Shown: positions 8,701 through 14,352, counted from the stretch's first letter. The stretch: 64,000 bases of DNA from Burkholderiales bacterium (GCA_031370625.1 JANMQR010000314.1:5052-69051); one strand, 5' to 3'. Translations and numbers: made by a program. Notes: generated by a model from the letters alone, not told the origin.

Positions 8701-9844
8701 TGATGTTTTCTGTTCCGGTGATGCGGAAATCCACCGGGTTGCTGGTAAGCGGACCCACTCGTGTGCCGTTAACACTGGTGTAAGAATTTTCTGCGACGTT
8801 GGTGAGCACGCTATTCAACGCAAGGCCAGGCGCAATATTCACATCAAAAGAAACGAGGCCGGATTCATTCTGTGGCATCGTCGCGAAGTTCACGCTGACG
8901 CGATCGGCCGCGGTTGTGTAGGTGCCAGTAAGACCATTGAACATAAACGGCCCACTTGCCGCATTCAGACTTGCATCATTGGTTTGTGGAGGTGCTGCAA
9001 GGCGCAAGGTGCCGGGCACATAGGTCATGCCGGCAGGCAACACATCCGAAATAGTGACGTTGGTTTTTACAGCATCACCAATGCCTGCATTGCCATAACG
9101 AATCAACACGCGATAGGCACCGCTAGGCGAATTTCCTTGAATCGCGGAAATGGATTTACTGAAAAACAAATCGTAAGTCGTTGGCACGACAATCGGCGCG
9201 ACGATAACGAGACATTGATTCGTCACCGCATTTAAAACATTGGCGATACCGGTAATGGAGGCTGGCCCATTCGTAAACGCAGCCGGATTACCCGCGCAAC
9301 TTGCATTAATTTGCGTTGGCGCATTGGTGACGCCGCTCACAGAGATGTCACAAACCTGTGTGCCCGGCACCATGCTCGCATTCGACACGCTAATCGTCGA
9401 TGGCTGGGTAAACGTGACGGCGCCCGCGCAGCCGGGAGATCGTGTGACCACAGGCGCAGCGGTCAAACGTAAGCCTGCTGGCAATGTGTCTGTAAAGGCA
9501 ACGCCCGCTTGCGCAGGTGAGCCGAATGTATTGAACAGGCTGAATCTGATGGTCGCGGTTTCACCCGGATTAATGGACTCGACGGCGAACGACTTTCGCA
9601 ATGACGGCAAGCCCGCTGCTGCGCCAACAGTAGCCGTCACCATGTTGCTGGTGGTGGACTGCGGCAGGCCGCCAATTTGCTGGCTGCTCGAGGCGGTGTT
9701 GCTCAGCACGGTACCGGTGGGTGGTGGTGCGGCTAGAGCGCTCTGGCTGATCGCGAATGCCGCAACCAAACTCAACGCGACGCTGATTGGCCTGGCAAAT
9801 GAGCTGCATAGACGAGAATTTTTTTGATTATTATTCATCGTCAA
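2735..9844 (-). CDS. Gene C: giant exported protein (2369 aa) with DUF11 / Cna-B / SdrD-B / Big_1-like repeats fused to an ~840-aa C-terminal outer-membrane beta-barrel-like region
   Basis: ORF track. The TTG at 9844 abuts the TAG of the upstream gene; the ATG at 9838 is the likelier start. Signal peptide SVALSLVAAFAISQSALA/APPP.
- aa ~80-640 and ~890-1020: DUF11-type modules (LFVQKTVSRTTVEIGDLTDYSVTINNNTG..LLTDSLPAGFSF).
- aa ~755-885: Cna-B/carboxypeptidase-regulatory-like (ATVRLVTAQGG..TRADGRFDFPLVSPGDYCALVTPPNGYTF).
- aa ~1025-1145: SdrD-B-like (VVGKVFIDCDKNGIQN..GVPGVRLYLEDGTNVVSDSEGKYSFYGL).
- aa ~1362-1468: Big_1/invasin-like (ADGKTPVTVIVRVVDSKGVAV).
- aa ~1470-2307: amphipathic beta-strand-rich region ending GGYNVYGYRDEDFANGEYTNKGTYLRLRYKF.
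- Last 62 aa: S/T/P/G-rich tail. Confidence 0.85.
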   Translation of the reverse strand: MTMNNNQKNSRLCSSFARPISVALSLVAAFAISQSALAAPPPTGTVLSNTASSSQQIGGLPQSTTSNMVTATVGAAAGLPSLRKSFAVESINPGETATIRFSLFNTFGSPAQAGVAFTDTLPAGLRLTAAPVVTRSPGCAGAVTFTQPSTISVSNASMVPGTQVCDISVSGVTNAPTQINASCAGNPAAFTNGPASITGIANVLNAVTNQCLVIVAPIVVPTTYDLFFSKSISAIQGNSPSGAYRVLIRYGNAGIGDAVKTNVTISDVLPAGMTYVPGTLRLAAPPQTNDASLNAASGPFMFNGLTGTYTTAADRVSVNFATMPQNESGLVSFDVNIAPGLALNSVLTNVAENSYTSVNGTRVGPLTSNPVDFRITGTENITLRGVTLASADPGSAVTFNNVLTNNTSKSDSFDVTLSGSNFPPGTIFQLFKADGVTPLTDTNGNTIPDTGPVAAGATYRIVVKAILPPGIAGGPFRVSKNAQSITNPLIRAVDDDVVTSIANLCRVVLEPDNTGRTTPGGNVVYTHVLTNVGTCSETITFPANFLVNGSASWTAQIVVDNTVAGGQSIVGVFDATDVVVTPSSTFTLSPGARIVFLSRVVAPVNAASGASNTTDFRVNTTSSGTLTNRDTTTIGTTATVENIIQGFIDGGFLRATPWAFIGRDLFLRANAPSCNQLPDVIERRTIIITGANGEREEIIAIETGPNTGIFEAGGLPVRKPPVVAGDNILEGNSYDTYSVEIIGCGRRIATSVTVIDPNGVVFDSRTNEPVAGATVRLVTAQGGVCTSTLATVSQLVNGSIVTAPATVVTRADGRFDFPLVSPGDYCALVTPPNGYTFVSAVPVSQLPSGRNVLATGPTTGGSYGGAFRVGPETGPVIIDIPVDAGRIGGLFVQKTVSRTTVEIGDLTDYSVTINNNTGYALNQSPVLLTDSLPAGFSFVLGTARLEGKPLADPQFVSGSRLIFNIGSMALGQQVRVAYRVRVGPGAAQGDGINRVVATYRIGNGGTRFSESNVAAAQVTIVGGVLSDKAYVVGKVFIDCDKNGIQNLPTDDANKKKLAREVGVPGVRLYLEDGTNVVSDSEGKYSFYGLSARTHVLKIDRTTLPAGIDAKDFATGSNRNTGKGDSRFLDVKYGELHKADFAIQSCSESVANQVAVRRDEANKLKTEIDGRLQQQLTTDPANRFATDIKALPASGVVGLTAPSSQAPAPSAASILPSGINTLANAATLGTVGFATIAPAQPPLNRAIVDRSSDAPAITLENILPQENNTLGFIGLKDGDTLAYKQSTIRVKGVQGTTFKLFVNGKELADDRVGKKAVMEDKKLQAWEFIGADLIPGVNTLTAKQIDAFGNERGEATIKVTAPGNISKLLIEFPQATSAGARADGKTPVTVIVRVVDSKGVAVTSRTAITLLTNLGRWQAEDLNTAEPGVQNFVAGGVGEFTLLPPAEPGQAVINVRSGALSSEARLDFLPDVRELLAVGVIEGVLNLRKLDTRALTPARAQDGFEQEITHISRNWNGGKYDAGARAAMFIKGKIKGEYLLTLAYDSDKNTRDRLFRDIQPDEFYPVYGDSSVRAFDAQSTGRFYVRVDNKKSYLLYGDYNTTSASEARKLANYNRSLTGLKQHFENDKISANLFASRDTTRQLLQEFKANGTSGPFTLANAKGLINSEKVEIITRDRNQTGVIIRTVPLARFADYELEPLTGRIILKAPVPTLDELFNPNSIRVTYEIDQGGEQFWVAGADAQIKLTNNFEIGAMVVDDRNPVDKFRMIGINAIAKLADKTFLIAEIAQTTRDRVGTSIAGGLSGVGSGTTGDTKGEKKGIASRVEFRHKGDDIDALFYAGRADAKFDNISSSLSSGRTEIGGNVSYRIDEKTRLKAEMLRSEDLLSNGKRDGLLAAVERTLDNGMRLELGVRHARETLAPATTASGPLPTEVTSIRTRLTGDIPGIKDAAAYIEAEVDPKDTDRKIAAIGGEYKLPNSGRLYGRHEFISSLTGPYGLNTVQRQNSSVIGISTDYMKDGNVFSEYRIRDAISGGDAEAALGLRNLWTLSDGLKLQTGFERVHSFSGTGTGESAALTFGLEYTASPLWKGSTRLELRDGTSSDSLLSTVAVASKINREWTFLGRNTYSLIKNQGAQTQTQTGKNEQERLQVGVAYRDTETDVWNGLARVEHRSENDTTQPELQLKRTVELFSLHANWQPRRPFTFSGRYAAKWVNEDSNGIKAKNSAHLLSARAIWEIAPRWDISVTGSTVIGRALQSKTYAVGVELGFMVMENLWLSGGYNVYGYRDEDFANGEYTNKGTYLRLRYKFDEDLFPKSVKNSSSNTADDASRAETTPTGTAPGSSAYRGIIEGAKGDATSPSQPAGKPRVDQ

Positions 9845-12800
9845 CTACATCGTATTAATCTTCACGCAGAACTGCAGCGTGATGGTTTGGTTTTGCGCGA
9901 GCGGTGTTGTTGCTGCGGGTGAGGATTGCGCATTAATCGTTCCAGTAAAGCCAGCGGGGTAAGTGCCCCTCAACGCAATTGGCCCGGTAACAGTTGGTGC
10001 ACCGCAACCCAGCTCAAGCGATGTATTCGGCGGTACAAGATCGCTCAAATTAATATTCGTTGCGTTAGCCGTCGCCGAATTGATGCCGACGATAAGGTAT
10101 GAAATACAGTTTCCCGGAATCGTATTTGCACTCGCCGCCAACCCAGCACTACTCCAAGGCGAATTTGGCACGCCTGCGGTTAACGTTGTTGTCGGTGTCG
10201 TGGTGCAGGAGCCGTTTCCGCCGGGAAGCTGCTGATATTTTGCGAGCTTGAGTCCATCAGAAAGTGATGTGGTGTCAGTTACCGTCAAGATAGAAGCACC
10301 TCCGTTATACGTCACCGTTGCGGTCGTGATATTCGGCGGGCTGCCGACGGCAAGCGGCGCAGTCACGCGGATGAAAATAGCGCGCTGCTCGTTCGGCAAT
10401 AGAGCAGGAATAGTGGTGGTACCCGGCACAATTTGCGCATCTGTGCCCGCATCAAAAACACCGTTGCCATTGGTATCAATAAACGCGGTTGAAGTCCACC
10501 CGAACATCGGTGTTTGGTTATTCGCTAAAAAATTAGCCGGAAACACAATGGTTTCAGCGAGATTTCCGTTGTTCGTCAGCGTGTGCGTATACGTGACTGT
10601 CGCGCCTGCCACCGTACCCTGCGCGCCGTTCGGGGTTAGCGTTACTGCATGCACAGGCGCCACCGTGACCTGATCGCGTATCGTGTCGGCAATCGCTGGA
10701 TTGCTTTGATTTGCAATCCCGAACTGAATCACATAACTGCCGGCAGGCGACGGTGTCGGTGTCGCCACTGTGCCAGGGCTGGTTGCGGGCACGGTCACTT
10801 CTGCACAGACGATACGACTGCCACCGGCCGGTATCGGTGCGGCACCAGTGGTCGTGACTGCCGCGCCCAAGGGCGCATTACAGTTGGTGCCGTTACCGCT
10901 GTCCTTAAACGTGACAACCCAGCCCGCTGGTGGTGTCGCCAAGCCCACCGTGCCGGGCACGGAAATAAACGATGCACTCAAGTTATAAATCGACGCAATC
11001 GCGCTGGTGTTGTTGGCATAGAGCGTGAACACCGTCGTGGTCGGGGCTGCCAGCGCTGGCGTCACTGTATTGGTGATCTGCACTGTTGCGTTGTCAGGCC
11101 CTGTGCCCAATACGCCCACGCCAGCGAGGGGCGCATTGTTGGTGATGTCGGTGCTATTTGGAATAATAGTGGTGAGCGTATCGACCACGGTATCGAAGCG
11201 CGTGGTGTCGAAACGCGAGCGAGCTTCCAGCGTAATTCGATAACCATTGCCGCTGTTGTTTCCCGCCACCGCATTCGCAGGCAGCGTGGCGCGAATCACC
11301 ACCGGGTAGCCGCAGGAAACACCGCTTGCGCTGATGATGTAAGGCGCAGGACATGCGCCTGCATTTGGCAACGGAATCGTTCCCGTATCGGGGATGCCGT
11401 TGCCATTGCTGTCTTGTAACGCGGTGGCACCGTTAAACGACAAGATTTGGAAGGTGGTACCGGGCGGGAAAGTACACGCATCGACCACGCTACTATTCGC
11501 GGGACTACAAGTAGCACCGTTGGCTGACAATGCATTACCGGGATAGGCGGCTGCGGAAGTGCCATCACGAATAATCACATCAAAACTATCGGGCGAGGCG
11601 CCACGGTTCCACACGTAATCGGTGAACGTGACGGATTGCCCCGGCGCGGCGCTGGGTGCGGTAACTGGCTCGTTATCGGTAATGCCCGTGGTGGTGGAAG
11701 ATCCATTCACCGATAAATTCGCCGTTTGCACCACCGTGTATTGCACAGAGTTGGTTGGTGCGGGCGGCACCGAAATGGTGGTGACCCCAATCGTGTAGCC
11801 GTACTGAACGCTCGCGGTATTGGTGGTGGTGATCGCGTTTGATGGCGAGGTGACCGGCAAATTCGGCGCAATCGTTACCTGAAAATACACGCTGCCGTTG
11901 GCTGCCGGTGCCAATACTGTCAAGGTTGCATCGACCGCGCCCGAGACAGCCGTGGTCGGCGCTTGATACGTGATGCCAGCAGGATCGCCCGCAGGTGCAT
12001 CGGTGAGGGCGGTGGATGGGCCGGAAACAGACCAGCGCCCAGTGCCGGGCAGATACAACCAACCGCTCGGCAATTGGTCGAGCAGGCGCACATTGTCCGC
12101 CTGAATTGAGCCTGTGTTCGCGTACTCCAACACCACATAAAGCGGCCCCGAATTCGGGCTGACACCACCGGCGACCGGAATATAGCCCGGTGGTGGCACG
12201 CTCGATAATTTTTTCGTTACATTTACAGCCGCCGCACCAATCGTCGTGGTGTCGACCTGCGTGAGCGTATTTACTGTCGGCGCGTTGGTATCGCTGACTG
12301 AAACAATAATGGTACCGGCTTGCCCCACGGTGGCCGTTGCAGCCGTGGTGCCGCATACGACGAAGCTAAAACTCGCCCCCGCATTTATCGATACGGCTGC
12401 CGTAATCGGTGTTGCAGAATCCGCCACGCCGTCCTGATTGGCGTCCGAAAAATAAACGAGACCGGTATGCGCAAACATGCCGCCCGTGGTGGCTGGGTTC
12501 AGCGTGTATGAATCGGTACCATTACCGGTATTGGTAATCGTGTGTGGGTAGCAAACTTGTTGACTGGCGGGGACAGTCTTGGCACCTGTTTGCGTGAGCG
12601 TAAAGCTCTTCACCTGCAAGACGGTCGTCTGTACGGTGTTCGATGTGACGGGCCGCACCGTACCAGTGCTGTCCACATAAGTTGCTGAGGCTTGATTGCC
12701 GATCACCGAATTCGCAGGAGCAGGTGCTGCATGCGCGGCCAACGAGAGCAAAACCATGGTCGCAGTGAGCAAAAAGGCGAGCGCCTTCTCACGCGCGCGC

Positions 12801-12853
12801 AGCGCATATCGCATCCAGACGAATCCGGTCTGGTAGGATACGAGGACATCCAT
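9845..12853 (-). CDS. Gene B: exported 1002-aa multi-domain DUF11-type repeat protein
   Basis: ORF track. GGAGA lies 8 nt upstream of the ATG at 12853; an alternative start is M14 at 12814. Signal-like segment KALAFLLTATMVLLSLAAHA/APAP. There are repeated ~130-150-aa modules with motifs such as VCYPHTITNTGNGTDSYTL, VTFTDYVWNRGASPDSFDV and VTYTHTLTNNGNLAETIVFPANF. The C-terminus (TLQFCVKINTM) carries no membrane anchor or sorting signal. Confidence 0.85.
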   Translation of the reverse strand: MDVLVSYQTGFVWMRYALRAREKALAFLLTATMVLLSLAAHAAPAPANSVIGNQASATYVDSTGTVRPVTSNTVQTTVLQVKSFTLTQTGAKTVPASQQVCYPHTITNTGNGTDSYTLNPATTGGMFAHTGLVYFSDANQDGVADSATPITAAVSINAGASFSFVVCGTTAATATVGQAGTIIVSVSDTNAPTVNTLTQVDTTTIGAAAVNVTKKLSSVPPPGYIPVAGGVSPNSGPLYVVLEYANTGSIQADNVRLLDQLPSGWLYLPGTGRWSVSGPSTALTDAPAGDPAGITYQAPTTAVSGAVDATLTVLAPAANGSVYFQVTIAPNLPVTSPSNAITTTNTASVQYGYTIGVTTISVPPAPTNSVQYTVVQTANLSVNGSSTTTGITDNEPVTAPSAAPGQSVTFTDYVWNRGASPDSFDVIIRDGTSAAAYPGNALSANGATCSPANSSVVDACTFPPGTTFQILSFNGATALQDSNGNGIPDTGTIPLPNAGACPAPYIISASGVSCGYPVVIRATLPANAVAGNNSGNGYRITLEARSRFDTTRFDTVVDTLTTIIPNSTDITNNAPLAGVGVLGTGPDNATVQITNTVTPALAAPTTTVFTLYANNTSAIASIYNLSASFISVPGTVGLATPPAGWVVTFKDSGNGTNCNAPLGAAVTTTGAAPIPAGGSRIVCAEVTVPATSPGTVATPTPSPAGSYVIQFGIANQSNPAIADTIRDQVTVAPVHAVTLTPNGAQGTVAGATVTYTHTLTNNGNLAETIVFPANFLANNQTPMFGWTSTAFIDTNGNGVFDAGTDAQIVPGTTTIPALLPNEQRAIFIRVTAPLAVGSPPNITTATVTYNGGASILTVTDTTSLSDGLKLAKYQQLPGGNGSCTTTPTTTLTAGVPNSPWSSAGLAASANTIPGNCISYLIVGINSATANATNINLSDLVPPNTSLELGCGAPTVTGPIALRGTYPAGFTGTINAQSSPAATTPLAQNQTITLQFCVKINTM

Positions 12854-13015
12854 TACATTTTTCTCCGTTGCCTTTTTACGGCTTTTTTGCCGTTTTTTTT
12901 GTTGCTTTTTTACTGTTTTTTTACTACTTTTTTCTGCGCTAATTTGTTATCTAATTCTTGCTTTGTGTTGTGCTTTGCTTCGTTTTTTACTTTTTCCCGT
13001 CTTACCCAACCCCGG
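12854..13015 (-). promoter_or_regulatory. A-rich (mRNA sense) intercistronic spacer with roughly helically phased A/T tracts between genes A and B
   Basis: Plus-strand T runs of 5-8 nt start at 12858, 12873, 12883, 12893, 12906, 12916, 12928, 12983 and 12991. Centre-to-centre spacing for runs 2-7 is about 10.5-12 nt. This is the only long untranslated gap inside the operon. Confidence 0.5.
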
Positions 13016-13606
13016 CTATTTTTTTAAAGTTACGTCGACACCACTAACACTGGCAGCACCCGCGGCCACCCTGAACTGCGCCGAAAAAACAATTGATTGC
13101 TTTGGGCCTAACTCGCCCGGATACCAGCGCAGATAGCGATATTCACTCAGCGCTACCACCTGCTCAACTTCTACGCCATTTGCCTGCTTCACTTTTCGCT
13201 TTAGCGGCATGGCAAAAAAATTTGTCCCGTCAACGCTCGCGCGCGCGGCCGCTGGCGTGACGGTGTTCATAACCAATTCAGTATTAACCGGCACTGGCAA
13301 TGTCGCCACAACACCACTCAGTGTGCGACTGGATTTGTTAGTGTAGGTCGCCAAATCTTGCAGCACTTCGCCGGGCTTGGCAGTTGACGCATTCTGTAAT
13401 GATTCTTTGCCGGCGACGATGACAACTTTGCTGCGTTCCAGTCGGATGTCGAGTGGATTATCGGCCGCATTGTTCGTCACAACTTTTTGAGCCACAGCCG
13501 CGCTCACTCCGCCTACTGTCAGTGCACCGCAAGCTATACAAGCTGCTATCGCAAAATTTTGCCCAATGTTTCGACCGATGTTCCGATTTAGCGCGCGAAC
13601 CAACAT
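13016..13606 (-). CDS. Gene A: exported 196-aa single beta-sandwich (DUF11-like) protein
   Basis: ORF track. GGGGAG RBS upstream of the ATG at 13606. Signal/TM segment FAIAACIACGALTVGGVSAAVA/QKV. The mature ~160 aa carry DUF11-like motifs (PGEVLQDLATYTNKSSRTLSGVVATLPVPVNTELV .. YLRWYPGELGPKQSIVFSAQFRV). Confidence 0.8.
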   Translation of the reverse strand: MLVRALNRNIGRNIGQNFAIAACIACGALTVGGVSAAVAQKVVTNNAADNPLDIRLERSKVVIVAGKESLQNASTAKPGEVLQDLATYTNKSSRTLSGVVATLPVPVNTELVMNTVTPAAARASVDGTNFFAMPLKRKVKQANGVEVEQVVALSEYRYLRWYPGELGPKQSIVFSAQFRVAAGAASVSGVDVTLKK

Positions 13607-13727
13607 CTCGCTCCCCTAGTTACCTGCCTAACTTTTCAAATCCCATCTCACCGTCAACACCAACGCTACCGAAACATTGCTTTTTACAATTTCAATCATC
13701 GTCAGCACATGTCGCACAGATAGACAG

Positions 13728-13760
13728 ATTATAGAAATGATAACCGCATCTCATTGTCAA
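13728..13760 (-). promoter_or_regulatory. Candidate promoter of the DUF11 operon: TTGACA-21 nt-TATAAT
   Basis: On the minus strand: ggTTGACAatgagatgcggttatcatttcTATAATctg. Both hexamers are perfect but the spacer is 21 nt rather than 17. The site lies about 120 nt upstream of gene A. Confidence 0.35.
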
Positions 13761-13920
13761 CCTTTGTAAAACTTTAAGAATGTGCGATTAATTCTTGTAT
13801 TAAATACGTTTTTTATCTGGCGCGTGTAGATTTTTTCCTCGGCTTTACCGCTCACGAATTTGGATTAGCACTTGTTATCTACGTCAGCACTGCACTTTTC
13901 ACAAAGCAGGCACGCAAGTT

Positions 13921-13949
13921 TCGACATATTGCGAATGCGCAGCTATAAT
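13921..13949 (+). promoter_or_regulatory. Sigma70-type promoter of tRNA-Ser (TCGACA-17 nt-TATAAT)
   Basis: -35 TCGACA at 13921-13926, a 17-nt spacer, and -10 TATAAT at 13944-13949. The -10 lies 30 nt upstream of the mature tRNA 5' end. Confidence 0.6.
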
Positions 13950-13979
13950 CACTATTCGCGAATTAGCGAACGGCCCTGC

Positions 13980-14070
13980 GGAGAGGTGGCAGAGTGGTCG
14001 AATGCACCAGACTCGAAATCTGGCGTACGGTTTTACCGTACCGTGAGTTCGAATCTCACCCTCTCCGCCA
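13980..14070 (+). tRNA. tRNA-Ser (anticodon CGA), CCA encoded
   Basis: Folded by hand.
- Acceptor stem GGAGAGG/CCTCTCC.
- D stem GCA/TGC.
- Anticodon stem CCAGA/TCTGG with loop CTCGAAA.
- Long variable arm GTACGGT-TTT-ACCGTAC (class II).
- T arm GTGAG-TTCGAAT-CTCAC.
- Discriminator G plus CCA. Confidence 0.95.
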
Positions 14071-14075
14071 AACAC

Positions 14076-14100
14076 GAAACCCCGCAAGGGGTTTTTTGTT
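14076..14100 (+). terminator. Rho-independent terminator of tRNA-Ser
   Basis: gAAACCCC-gcaa-GGGGTTTtttgtt: GC-rich stem, GCAA tetraloop and a T run. Confidence 0.8.
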
Positions 14101-14244
14101 TGGCGGAGAGGAGTGAGCCAACTGCTTGGCTCACGCGTGAGATTCGAAGGGTTTTGCCTAAAGGCAAAACCGCGGCCCGCAGAATGTGGGCGAATCTCAC
14201 CCGGCCCTACAAACACGAAACCCCGCAAGGGGTTTTTTGTTTTG
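14101..14244. repeat. Inverted and direct partial copies of the tRNA-Ser 3' end plus a perfect 32-nt duplicate of the terminator
   Basis: - 14101-14111 (tggcggagagg) is the reverse complement of the tRNA 3' end at 14060-14070.
- 14137-14148 (gtgagattcgaa) is the reverse complement of the T loop/stem at 14048-14059.
- 14191-14202 (cgaatctcaccc) repeats 14050-14061 in direct orientation.
- 14211-14242 is identical to 14070-14101 (aaacacgaaaccccgcaaggggttttttgttt). Confidence 0.8.
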
Positions 14245-14270
14245 TTCGCTGCGAGGTCTAACGGGTTCGC

Positions 14271-14310
14271 AGAAAAAGCAAAAGGCGCAATCAATGCGCC
14301 TTTTGCTTTT
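14271..14310 (-). terminator. Rho-independent (bidirectional-looking) terminator downstream of the OmpA-family gene
   Basis: The 12-bp stem GCAAAAGGCGCA/TGCGCCTTTTGC (14278-14289 / 14295-14306) has a 5-nt loop. It is flanked by an A run and a T run. Confidence 0.75.
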
Positions 14311-14352
14311 CTGCCCCTCCCTAGCGGGAGGCCCTAAAGTTGTTTTGGTCGA

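Noticed and set aside
9240-12356. Long ORFs antisense to, or out of frame with, the DUF11 genes. Examples: 9240..9827 + (195 aa), 10649..11419 + (256 aa), 11673..12356 - (227 aa), and the 970..1530 + type ORFs in gene D.
   Set aside because: They lie entirely inside much longer ORFs with coherent signal-peptide plus repeat-domain architecture. Their translations are Arg/Cys/His-rich or low-complexity nonsense. They have no RBS. Stop-poor alternative frames are expected in Thr/Ala/Gly/Val-rich, GC-biased coding sequence.
13644-13760. An imperfect 14-nt direct repeat, CATCTCAnnGTCAA, at 13644-13657 and 13747-13760 in the operon upstream region. It is a possible response-regulator site.
   Set aside because: With two mismatches allowed, such a match is well within chance for this window. 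One copy is simply the -35 hexamer context.
1-13979. The DUF11 operon as a tRNA-associated genomic island.
   Set aside because: It lies on the 5' side of tRNA-Ser, whereas islands integrate at the 3' end. No integrase, transposase or flanking direct repeats were seen. By eye its composition does not differ from the rest of the window. The accessory nature remains possible but is unsupported here.
14098-14208. A possible minus-strand tRNA or pseudo-tRNA suggested by the inverted T-loop and acceptor fragments.
   Set aside because: The sequence cannot be folded into a cloverleaf: there is no D arm, and the 'anticodon' hairpin has a 4-nt loop. It is better explained as rearranged fragments of the tRNA-Ser 3' end.
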